28,847 nt of DNA from Raillietiella orientalis (Eukaryota): positions 3,100,001 to 3,128,847 of the forward strand of contig JAYWIR010000024.1 in NCBI GenBank assembly GCA_036172245.1. Reading direction: 5' to 3'. A program made the position numbers and the translations under genes. Shown here in pieces: positions 1-10,559 of the stretch (positions are counted from its first letter, which is position 1; each line of letters begins with the position of its first letter). The notes beneath the pieces were generated by a model. It searched no databases. It saw only the letters and a program-made list of their open reading frames with translations, and was not told the origin of the DNA.

Positions 1-61
1 AGCATGGACTTCCGCAACTTTCCCTTCGACGACCAGCGGTGCATCCTGAACATCGAAAGCT
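1..61 (+). CDS. Cys-loop ligand-gated ion channel subunit (GABA/Gly/GluCl-type lineage), internal exon carrying the Cys-loop; 5' part lies outside the window
   Basis: Translates as SMDFRNFPFDDQRCILNIES, matching the Cys-loop signature (C)xMDxxxFPFDxQxCxLxIESY. It is followed by the donor GTGAGT at 62 (phase 1). Confidence 0.9.
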
Positions 62-792
62 GTGAGTCATCATCGGGTCCGCGCCGCAGCGCACGTCTTC
101 GCGGCTGGCGGGAGCAACGCCGGTCGTCCGTGAAGGCGGAGGCGTGGAAAAGGGAAGGGAGGGGAGAAGCCCCGCGGGTTTGCGGACCTTCCCTTCTCGG
201 AGGCACGAGCGGGAAAGAACGCGCGGAAGAGGGCGGAGCAGGAGGGATCGGGGGAAGAAGAAAGGAATGTCTTGGTGGCGACTGCCGAGACGAGCTTGCA
301 CTTGCGCGCGCAGCAAGATGGCCGCGCCTTCGGGGAGAACTCGGAGGACGAATCCGGGGCACTTCCTCATCTGCAGCTTCTCGCGGAGGGGATGAGCAGC
401 AACAGCAAAAGAAAGAAAGAAAGAAAAGCGCCTACTCCTCCCTTGGTCGGTGCTGCCACTTTCGTTTTTCCTCCAGTTCCTTCGTCCCCCGCGAGAGGCT
501 GCAAGCGCTGCGAGAATTTCCGGAAGAACCCACGGCGCAGCGGCGGGCAGGGCTGACTCTGGACAGGTCGCATAGCGCTAGTCCGTCCCGGCGAGCCAGC
601 CACGATCTGTGCCAGCGTCCTGGGAGGGTAGGTGGGTCCTCTGGTCAACCGTTTTTCTGCGCAACGAGGGGAAACGGGGACAGACGCGCCTCCAACTGGG
701 AACTGCGCCTGCGCCTGCGCTTAATCACGACCTTCCCTGCCCGAGTGCGCATCCTGACCCCCTATTTCTCTTCCTTCTCCTTCCAAATGGAG

Positions 793-918
793 ATGGCAGG
801 ACCGCTGATAGGATGCTTCTGAACTGGGAGAACTCCAGCCAGTCCGACCTGGTGGGCTCCGCCTCCGCAGCCGGATTTACGCTGTCCGTCACCAGCCTGG
901 AAGTGACTGTCTCAGGAA
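793..918 (+). CDS. Cys-loop channel exon (extracellular domain, loop B to loop C region)
   Basis: A polypyrimidine tract precedes AG at 791-792. The split codon T|AT restores ESY, giving YGRTADRMLLNWENSSQSDLVGSASAAGFTLSVTSLEVTVSG (ESYGxxxxxxxxxW pattern). Donor GTAAGG at 919 (phase 1). Confidence 0.8.
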
Positions 919-1667
919 GTAAGGAGGAGACTTGGGTTGCCATGGGGCCACCAGAGAGAGCGCCTGCGCGGAGGTGGGCTCGGAGGCAAAGGCTGGGGGC
1001 GAAGTCCTGGGGAAGAGGTGTGGGTGTTTCCCGCCGGTGGAGAGCGGTGCACTTGGCAGCCGCGTCTGGTAGGGAGGGAAGTGGAGGAAAGGGGGCGGGT
1101 GGCTGACGTGTAGGAGAGTCTTCTCCTCCCCTATACCGCGCTTTCCCTTTTAACCGCCGCTCGCTCCTCCGATGAGGCGATCCTCTCCAGGACTGCTCGC
1201 TCAAGGCCACGGAAGACTCAAGAAGCAACAGGCTCTGAGGTAGGGAGATGCCTGTGCCCGCCCCCTGCCTCTCCACCAAGAAAGCCCTGGTGACATCGCA
1301 GCGTCCACGACCCCATAGGAATTTGCCCCGGACTCTTTCTCTCCGTCATGGAAGGAATGACGAAGAGACCAGCGACTAGTGGCTGCGTCCCCGTGCACCG
1401 CGAATGCGCGTCAGTTCCGTCGCACTCCAAGCAGGGGCCACCCTCCCCCTGTCCTGTCCTGATCCTTTCGGTCATCGCCAGAGAGTGAAAGAGAGAAGCA
1501 CAAGGATCTTGGACATTCGCGGATGGCCGCTCATTCTTCACTGGAAGACGAGGCAGAGCTCGGAAGCGAAGGAACTCAAATAGCGGCAGCAGATGAAGAA
1601 GAAGAAGCTGATCTGCTGCATCAAAGGAGGCCGTGACTGCTCCAGCACTCTCATTCTCCCTCCTCCC

Positions 1668-1718
1668 CACCACCACGACCACCACAACCACGACGACCGC
1701 AGACACCACCACCATCAC
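1668..1718. repeat. Imperfect (CAC/GAC/AAC)n trinucleotide microsatellite, intronic
   Basis: caccaccacgaccaccacaaccacgacgacc...caccaccaccatcac. It explains the poly-His, poly-Thr and poly-Val runs in the ORF track. Confidence 0.8.
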
Positions 1719-3008
1719 GGTCTCCTCGTCCGACCTACTGAGGGTCGATGCCTCTGCTGCCCTTCGTCATCTTTCACAGGGCGTAGCAGCTCACCTCTCC
1801 AGGCCGCCTTCGCTGACCCTCCGGACGCTTCTCTCCCCCCCTTCTCGTTCCGTTCCATCCCATCTCGAGAGGCGGGGGTTCTTCCTAGTCGCCCCGCTTT
1901 GGGGTGCCTGCAGGGGGCAGCCCCCCCTGCACGCCGCACTCTGAAAGCAGCTCCTAGGCACTACCCGTCGCAGCGGCGGGCAGTGGCTTCGCCCTGTTCG
2001 CGCGCCACCCGTTTGCCCTGAGGGACTGTTCCAGGAGTAGGACGCGGGATCTCCAAAGGAGGTTCCGGAGGACGGCATCCGCTCCAGGGAAATGGAGGTG
2101 GAGAGGCAGGTCGATCGTGGTGAAGGAGATGGCCCGCAAGGACTCCCCTGCAGAGGGAGGATTCGGCTCTGTCCCGGAAGCGTCCGTCTTCTCCAACCTT
2201 GGGTTTGCTTTGGATGCTGCTGCTGTGCATAGGAAGTACAGGTTCTCCCTCCTGGGCCTGTCTTCCCCGCATACCGGAAGTAGGGAGCGACACGGTCCCG
2301 GGGTTTTCTCTTGAGATTTGAGAGTGGAAGGGCGGCTGGATCCGGCTTCCAGAGAGAAGACCTCGTGCCAATGTCGCCGTTTGGAGCGTCCGCGGAGCCT
2401 CCTCCTCCTCGGAAAAGTTGCCGAGCGAAATCTCCAAGACTCTACTCCACACTCCAGGGCCCGCGGCGCATCCGATCAGGATGTGGGCATTCGGAGCGCG
2501 GAGGTGCGCAGCGGCGCCAGGGACCTTCCGCAGGCACCCACGCAAACACGTCATCCGTGACGCACTCGCGCGCGATTCTCTCTCCCTCGCGCTCCCGGAT
2601 CGAGGACGCGCGTGGCTTGCGTGCCGCTACGCAGCTCGCCTGTTCCGCTCTCCTCCGGGGCTCCTCGCAGGAGCTCCGAGCCCGGGAGGAGTCGCCTCAC
2701 CTCCCGCCTTCCTTCCAGCGTGCCGGTGTCTGTCGACCATCCTCGGGATACGAGCACGCCGAGATGGACGACTCGGGAGGTCAGCAGTGAGCCTTTGCAT
2801 TAATCTCTGGTTCGGAGGACACCCTGAACGCCGCTCGGCTGCCCGCGTCCTCTTGCTCCCTTGTTTCCTCCGCCTCCTTCCTTGGGAAAGCCGACCCACC
2901 CCGCAACATGCGCCATCGATATTTACATACACACGCACAAAAATTGCCGCGGGCGGCGGCAGCTGCCTCGCGACTCGTGTGCCTGCTTTTCTCTCCCTCT
3001 CCCCACAG

Positions 3009-3340
3009 AGTACTCGAGGGCGACAGCCGTCCTTTCCCTGAAGAGGAAGGCCACATCCTACGTCTCGCTGTTTTATCTTCCCACCATCCTGTACACCCTA
3101 CTGCCGTGGATGACCTTCTTCTTCGGCAGGCGAGGATTCGTCCTGCAGATGGCAGCCGGCTTGTACTCCATAGCGATGATCACCCTGCTCAGCCTCTCCA
3201 TGCACTGGAACCTGCCGGCGGTCGACTACGTGAAGGCCTCGGACGCGTGGGTCTACGTCTGTACCGCGCTGGTGGTGCTCATTCTGGTCCACAACCTCCT
3301 CGCGCACTCCGCCTACGAGCTGGACTCCTACGCGTATCAC
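3009..3340 (+). CDS. Cys-loop channel exon encoding pre-M1, M1, M2 and M3
   Basis: Acceptor CCCCACAG at 3001-3008 is phase-compatible (A|AG = K). Translation: KYSRATAVLSLKRKATSYVSLFYLPTILYTLLPWMTFF...LPAVDYVKASDAWVYVC, matching GxYSRL..LKR, YxPxxL..W and LPxVSYVKAxDxW..C. Donor GTGAGT at 3341 (phase 0). Confidence 0.92.
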
Positions 3341-4320
3341 GTGAGTAGCTGGGGCTCGTGTTCTGGCGGGCGGATAGATCTGGTTGCCTCTGAGGGGCCG
3401 GGGTTTCACGGAGGGGAGGGAAAAGGAAGCTGCGGCAAAGAGATTCCCCTTGGCTCGTCGCGCGAGAGCGCTGGGACTGCCCCGTTGAGAAGGAGGCCCG
3501 TTGGGGAGCAGGCCACGCTCGCCTCCGGCTCCCGCCCTGTGACAAAGTGGGGGTCGGACAGCTCTTCTCTAGGTTCCAATGAGAACGCCGCCTGAACCAT
3601 TTTCGACGGCGGAAGCGAGACCGCGCGGTTTTCACACCCCCTTGCGCGTACCACAGAGAGGGAAGCGCGAGCTCGGCATCCTGACGTGGTGCCACCTTCT
3701 CAGGACGAGGTCAGGTCGGTTCCAGTTCGCTGTTCTTCAGCTGTCCGAGGGTGCAGGAGAACCCTCTGGGCTCACGAGCTGGAGTCACGGAGACCCTCCA
3801 CCTCCAGAGAAACCTTCGGGAATTCTCCCGAGATGAAGTCGTTGCCAGCCGGTGCCGAAGCGGCTCCCAGCACGCACGTCGGGAGCAGCCCTCTCGGTGG
3901 AATCAGTCCAGCAGCGAGAAACGACCGACGCGAGTTCGCTTCCAGAAAGCGCTGTGCTGCGACCCCATCCGCCAGCGGAGGCACTCGCCAGTCGGCGACG
4001 GGAAGCGCGAAGAGCATTCCCACGTACCGGAACCGGAAGGAAGGGCGCTGATGATCGCTCGGAGCTTCCCGTGATGTTCCACCTATCGTCACGGACCTAC
4101 TCCGCCTGCCCTCCAGACAAACTCCCACCGAGTTTTGCCTAGCCCCCCAGACGCCACGTTGAATTCAGTGAACAGCCCCAAGAGTAGCCCCGTCAAGCAT
4201 GGCATTCAGAGGCATGCAGCCTCCGATTCCGGAGCGATCTCCTCGGAAACCGAAGCACATTGAATCCAAGTTTCCCAGCACCCGCGAAGCTGATGGAGAT
4301 TGGGATTTCACGGAGAGAGT

Positions 4321-4497
4321 GGAGCCACGCTTAGGAATCAATGAAGCCACCGTTGGGAAGAGTGAAGCCACCATTGGAAAGAGTGGAGACATTATTCGAA
4401 AGTCAGGTCACCACGGGATTGAGGGCAGCCATTGGAAACAGTCGAGCTACCATCACATACAGTGAAGCCACCATTGGATACAGTGAAACCAAAGTTC
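4321..4497. repeat. Degenerate 21-bp minisatellite, intronic
   Basis: Units such as gaagccaccgttgggaagagt, gaagccaccattggaaagagt, gagctaccatcacatacagt and gaagccaccattggatacagt; roughly 7-8 degenerate units. Confidence 0.8.
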
Positions 4498-5876
4498 GTC
4501 TTTCAGAGGACGTCGGAACACGCACTTGCAAAGCAGGTGCTTTCGAAGACATTCACCCTTTACAACCGAAGAGGCACTGTTGGGAAAGGCGCACCCTTCA
4601 AGGTTCTGCGCAGTGACTCTTTCATCGTCGCCGACGATGAACTCACCACCCTCGTATCCTGAAAACTTCATTCCGTTCATCCCGGATGTGTTCCAAGCTG
4701 CCTCTCTTCGACTCGGCACTTCACGCCGCCCAGTCCGAGACATCCGGTCGGAAATCGCAAGACACGCAGTTGGGAATTCCGGATTGACCGATAGACGGAA
4801 AAGTACGGATCTGCGAGATGGAACATTTGCGAGATGAATGCGGGATGGTAAGCAGCCACGCTCCGCTGACACGAGAACGGGAGAGTAAGCAAAGATACCG
4901 GTATTCGCACACGTTTGGAGGAAGCTCAATCGATCTTGTGCGGAGGATCTGCGGTTTGGATGGCTCTCCCTCTTGCCACCGACTCTTCCTTTGGGTGTGG
5001 TTTTCCTTGGAAGCTGCTACGCAGATGCTGTTTGAGGGCGGACATGCCACTGTGGTCGAGCAGAGGAGAAGAAAATCGTCAGTCGGGGCTCGTAGAATGT
5101 GCCTTTGAAGAGAAGAGACAAAGTGCTTGTCATTCGCAGATTCTATTTACGTCCATCTGTTCTACACAAGTGATGTACGGGGAGGTACAACCAATGAACA
5201 GGGGATTTTCCACCATATTCGCCACTTCTGGACTGTTTTCTCCATTTGATCGTTCAATCTAACGAGGATTCTTCGTCTCGGCTGGTATCCCAACCTATGC
5301 ATCCAGCGCGCCTCCTTGGAGAAGCGCATGCTGAAGCTGATATGCTCCACCCACCTTTGCTTCTATGAAAACTGGTGGTTTTCTAAGATTTCCTGACAGT
5401 GAGAGCCTGCGGCGATCTCGCTGACGGTTTCTGGTACTCCTTTGTCGATAAACTGGGAAGCTAGTCTCCTGAACCTGCTTTCCTTCCTTCGCCTCTTTTT
5501 CTGTGGTGCTCCTTTAGAGGATTCGTACGAGGAGGGGGCGTCCCATCTTCCTGGAGCAGCAATTTCGGCCTCAGTTCGGATGCTGGGTGTGGTGCTGAAA
5601 GGCGCTACTTATGTGCTCTCTGAGAAAAATAGAAATTCGTGCAGGCGGAACACTTTGATCTCGTCCAGAAGGCTGAGAAGCAATGGTACCAAGTGCCGGC
5701 GAAACGCGGAGGTTTCTTAAATTTTCATCTTGCCTACGCAAGATCAATCGGAGGGCATCTCAAATTCTTGTTCAATGCGCTTGAAGATTCGCGATTCGAG
5801 GACTGTGGTGAACTTTTGGAATGGAGGACTTTCTTCGCGCCTTGCCGTCAGTGACTCAAAAGCTCGGATGTTTCAG

Positions 5877-6044
5877 GAAACTGCAACGGAAAACGGCAAG
5901 GCCCACTTCGAGATGGAAGGTCCAAACCAAGGGAAGTCGTTGTACAACTCCAAGTACGAGAAAGTGCTCTCCGTCTTCCGCTGGACGTACCCGATAATTA
6001 TGATCTTCATCATCATGATATACTTCACGACTGTGGCTCTATAA
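5877..6044 (+). CDS. Cys-loop channel terminal exon (end of M3-M4 loop, M4, stop)
   Basis: Acceptor TTTCAG at 5871-5876, phase 0. Translation ETATENGKAHFE...KYEKVLSVFRWTYPIIMIFIIMIYFTTVAL* fits the M4 pattern RxxFP....Y. Additional loop exons between 3341 and 5876 cannot be excluded. Confidence 0.8.
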   Translation, partial: ETATENGKAHFEMEGPNQGKSLYNSKYEKVLSVFRWTYPIIMIFIIMIYFTTVAL

Positions 6045-6163
6045 AGCATGTCCAGAGTGTTGGCGAAGAAGCCGATGATTTCATCGGCTCACGACTTCTT
6101 TGTAAATATGCGCTCGGAGCACCATTCGGGCGCAAATCAGATCCTTCATCCCCGACGGAGAAG

Positions 6164-6169
6164 AATAAA
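6164..6169 (+). promoter_or_regulatory. Candidate polyadenylation signal of the channel gene
   Basis: AATAAA about 120 nt after the stop codon, followed by T-rich sequence. Confidence 0.55.
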
Positions 6170-6800
6170 TTTTTGATCCATTTTTCATCTTGGGGGACTC
6201 CTTTATTTAATTTTGCGCTTGCTGAGGTTTCTGAATCAACTGAGCAGCTTTTGTTTTACCCACAGGCATGCACGTGCGCTCTCGCTTTTAGATCCCCATC
6301 TTGCATTACATGATGCACCCATGTACATTGCAGACTTGCCCTGGAGAATCCACATGACGGCGACTCACTGAGCGCAAGGATCAGCATCTGAAGATTTTGG
6401 GACCTGGCTCTGGATAGGGATAGTATTTCTGAAACGGTTCCTTTCTCCTCCTCTCCTTCCCCCACGTAATGAGATCACGTGTTCGTGACCACCGTTCAAG
6501 GATGCCTGCCTCACCCGGGCTTATCTCCTCATGCTGGGACATATGTCCTCGTCGAAGTCTGCTTCCCGTCCTGTCGACAGCTGAGGGCGTGCGTCCCAGG
6601 GTGACGAGAACGTTCCGCGCTGCAAATGGGGTCTCGAGACTTTTGCGACGTGGTGTCGCCGCGAGTCCCCGGAATTCCCTTTATAGCACGGCGGACCAAT
6701 GCCCTCCAAATAGGTATTCAACTGACCGTCCTTTGGAGTTCTTCTGTTTTCGCTGCTTTCCTTCCAGTTTTTTTTCTTTTTTTTCTATGTGTGTGTTTTT

Positions 6801-7090
6801 CGACCCGCGTTGGCGGCCACTCGGCTGCGGTCTCCGCACGTGGCATCGAGCGTCGCGGGTTCGAATCCCCACGTAAAGGGTCGACGCCGAGAAACGGGTG
6901 AGTCGTGGGTTTCGAGTTCTCCCGCAAGATGACGCTGGTTGGCCTACGGGCTTCGGGTGCGGCCACGCGTGGAAGCCGGATCCCCCCTTCGACTGGCCGG
7001 GATTGGAAGTTGACCTTCCGGGATCCTTCCAGGAATCAAGAAGCACTGATTCCATTCGGGTTTCCCCTCCGGTTGTGAAGATGGCTCCAC
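6801..7090 (+). mobile_element. tRNA-derived SINE-like repeat, copy A
   Basis: A-box-like TGGCGGCC..CGG and B-box GGTTCGAATCC at 6858-6868. Clearly homologous to 12190-12460, e.g. cccgcaagatgacgctggttggcctac.ggcttcgggtgcgg and ttccaggaatcaag. Confidence 0.65.
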
Positions 7091-7856
7091 CCTCCATTGC
7101 GTGCCATGGAGCTGGTTGATACACCCCCTTCGGGGGGCTGCCGCTCCAGAGTGTAGGGGGGTTAGGGGTTCCCTTCAGAGACACCCCCTACCATCCCAGG
7201 TTTAGCCGCACTGCTACTGCGCTGCTGTAGTGAATCTCTGGTGTACAGGCAGCAGCCTTCAAAATATGCAAAGTGCCCAGAAGGGCACCTGCAGCAAGCA
7301 AAGTCCGTGACACTCACATCTTAAGCATCGTGCTTTTAGAGCGCGTGATTTGGGGGCACACGATTTTCATCCTCTTTTTATCCCCCGGTTCAGAAGAGGC
7401 TGAGAAAGTGACCGCTCTCCCGCGTTTTAAAATATGCGACGCCAGGAGCGCGATTCGGGAAACGTAGGCAAGCAGCGTCTCTTTTTGCTAGCGCGCTTTC
7501 GGCCGTTCTTGTCTTTCGTCGTCCATCCAGGAAGATCGGCTTTCGAATCGCGCAGGAGCTGAAGCCAAGTCGTTTCGTCGGCCTCAGACTGCGTTTACGA
7601 GCACCCGCTCTTCTCCGTCCATCGACGCACTCCCACTTGAAAACGGCATCCGACACACAGGTTGCTGAGCGCGATTCCCAAGATCGCCGGTCTACAAAGA
7701 ATTTGCCGGGTTGCCCGAGTGGATCGCTGCTTGTTTAAAGAGCTGCCAGCTTCACACCTCTGGATGCTTCCTTTCCTTGGATCAGTTCCCTGCGGCAATC
7801 CCCCTTGCTTGAATGCATCCACACTGGTTGTCTGCGGAGCATGCACCACGGAAATA

Positions 7857-8746
7857 CGAGGAGGATCTCAAAAGTAAGGGCGGATCGGTCATAAAGAAAG
7901 AACAACGAATAAGGGAAACAAAAATGTATTAGTGGTTCCAAGCACGTGCATCCTCACGTCATTTTTCTAGGTAATCTCCATGTTTTTTTCCTAAATACTT
8001 CTGATACCGTAGAACGAGCTCTTTGAAACCTCTTCATGAAGTTCCGTCAGGCCTGGGAGTCCAGGCCAGTTCAGCACTGCAGTTTTCCACTCCTCCTTAC
8101 TTCCTCGAAGCGTTGAGCCACTTCTTGAGGTGGAAAGGAGAGGTTGATTGATTAAAAAGTTCCCATTTGAATTTCTGAATGGTCTGGAATGTGCGGACAC
8201 GGCAGTGTGTGGGACCAAAAGGGTGGACCTAATGGAGCGTGGAGCCACCATCACTTCTCTTCGTCCACTGTGTAGGAACACTTTCCAGACTGCGGCTCGC
8301 CACTCAACAGAACCGACAGCGTGGAAGGCTGAGATCAGAAATTTTCTTCTCCTTCACGACAACGCGAGCCCACACACTGCTGTCCTCAGATTCCAGACAA
8401 TTCAGAAATTCAGATGGAAACTTTTTGATCACCCAGTCACCTCGCGCCCAGTGGCCACCACGTCTTCCTTCCTGCACCTCGAGAGGTGGCTCAACGATTC
8501 GAGGAACGGGAGGAGGAGTTGGAAACTGCAGTGCTGAACTGTCTGAACTCCCAAATGGAGGAGTTTCATGCAGAGGGTTTCAAAGAGCTCGTTCTACAGT
8601 ATCAAAAGTGTTTGGAGAAAAAAAGTGGTGACTGCGTAGGGAAGTGACATGGGAATGGATGCATTTGAGACCACTAATATATCTTTGTTTCTCTCATCTG
8701 TCCTTTCTTTATATCCGATCGACCCTTACTTTTAAAATGAACCTCG
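7857..8746. mobile_element. Non-autonomous fold-back mariner (Tc1/mariner) derivative
   Basis: TA flanks at 7855-7856 and 8747-8748. Termini CGAGG...AAAAGTAAGGG..GATCGG and the reverse complement. Frameshifted transposase motifs DLMERGATIT..TLSRLR..LLLHDNASPHTA..W..FDHP. Segment 7857-8213 is an inverted copy of about 8369-8746. Confidence 0.9.
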
Positions 8747-9766
8747 TACAAGCACGTGAAACCTGGGAAGAAAGGATTGTCCCAGCATCTCCGTAATCAA
8801 TCTGTCCTCCCTATCTCGTCCTCCTGAAATGGTCAGCTGCGGTTTTTAGTACTTCCTTGAATTCTCGTCGAGGGTTTGACAAGAAGCCCTATCGTTCGAC
8901 TGCTTCTTTCGTTCCCAGTTCAGCACGAGTCGGGACTCCTCGCTGGTTTGGAATTCCCCTAGCCATGCCGTCTCACCTGACAAAGTCTTGAAGATCCCCT
9001 CACTTCAGCAGGTACTGAGTGGCCTGAATCTTATTTATAGCCTTCTCTTTCGGAAAAATGACTGATGGGTTGTCAGCAACATGAGCCCCTCCAAAGTGTT
9101 CTCTTCCCCAAAGGGAATAACACATCCTCTCTCAAAGATCACAGCTTTCTCGCAGAGGAAAGTTGAATGTCCTCGAAACCGACCTCTGTTTGCAGATTGC
9201 TTGGAACCTTCCATCATCCATCACTCGGTGTTCCCTATAGGTGTGGCTCACTGTACCTGGATTTCCGCACGCAAATCCTGAAATGCGCGCTCCACTCTCA
9301 GCAACCAAAGAGTCAGCTCTCTCGATCATCGTCAGTTCGTCAGGATGCAGGGGTTCCAAGGACCGCGATGGCCTGCACGAGCTACATACGATTCTTACTG
9401 TCGAGCAAGACGGATAATGACCCCCAAAATTTAACACGGCAAGGGTTCTCTCTGCTGGATGCCTCCGAAGCACCCATGCAGCCGAAACACCAGAGGACGA
9501 TTCGCCTTGGGCGCCGCGCACCGGCGAAACTGGAACCCATCGGACCTGGCACAGTGGCGAAAGTCGTGGGTTCGAATCGCAGCAGTGAACCTATTTGTTC
9601 GTCTGTCTTGATTCTCCTAATCAGGAGTTGTTCCACACGCCACCGGCCCCACTGCTTTGTTCATCATCATTTTGACCTATTTCGGTCGTTGCATACCGTA
9701 AGCCATGACCAGAGACAAACCCCATCCAAGTGCCGTGTTACCCGCAGTGACCACTACCTGAGTTTG

Positions 9767-10559
9767 TTTTAGAACCTGGTAACGCTGGGGAGTTTATTGT
9801 AAAAATAATAAACATACATGTGTAGGGTAATCGTCCCTACATTGTCCGAAAATGTTCGGAACCAGCAGAGTAACCTGCACGCAGGCCGGCGAAATTCGCC
9901 TTGGCAGCGGAGGGGGACGGAGCAAACAAAAATAAAAATAAAACAAAAAAATATATACCAAAAAATGGGAGGGTTAGGGAAAGCATCACTGTCCGCTGGA
10001 CGGCGTTCTCTGCACTCTTTCCAGGATGCTCGCAAGTTACATCCGAGTATGCCTCAGGTAGGGCCATCTTGTTGCCGTCCGCGGGAAGCGCAGGGCGAAG
10101 CAGATGGCGTCCCTCTCATTCCGTTCTCCTCTCGCGTAGCCCCACAATCCCACGTAGGCAGCAAAGAGTTCCTGGAGATGCGGAGGGCGAATGGGCATCG
10201 CGCACGAAGAGGCGCTTCATCAAGTCCCTGGAATTGTCGGCCGGTGCACCAAGGGCAACCACAAGTGCCTGAAGGAAACACAGTCTACAAGCAGGTGCGG
10301 GAGCGATTCCCGTTCCCCGCACCTGCAGCGGTTTGGGTCCGCCGCTCCCCGGGTCCAGTGAGAGCAGCGGACCATGCACGGGAGATCCCCATGCAACAAC
10401 AGAAATGCCGACAACTCAGGGGGAGGGTGTGGTTGTTCTTCAGCGTGTGGCGGAGACCAGCTTCCATGTCTTTCCTGTGAGATTTCCAGCAGCTCATTCC
10501 AGCCCAATTGTCCTTTCGATGGGGCACTTGGGGTCTCAGCACTCATAAGCTGGCCCCAT
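9767..10559 (-). mobile_element. 5'-truncated L1/Tx1-like non-LTR retrotransposon, copy 1 (decayed ORF2 C-terminal zinc finger plus 3' UTR)
   Basis: Minus strand reads LLLHGDLPC..HWTRGAADPNRCRCGERESLPHLLVDC (zf-RVT-like). Candidate TSD CTGAGTTTG at 9758-9766 and 10560-10568. Confidence 0.85.

Noticed and set aside
4..822. 272-aa ORF as a complete protein
   Set aside because: Only the first 19 codons are channel-like. The rest is read-through into a GC-rich intron after GTGAGT at 62.
4321..4497. CRISPR-like array
   Set aside because: The units are directly adjacent with no unique spacers, in a eukaryotic intron.
6801..6885. Functional tRNA gene
   Set aside because: The D and anticodon arms do not form a canonical cloverleaf, there is no poly-T terminator, and it is embedded in a longer dispersed repeat.
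9545..9600. Third B-box-like motif gtcgtgggttcgaatcgc
   Set aside because: No flanking homology to the two repeat copies and no cloverleaf; at most an old tRNA-derived fragment.
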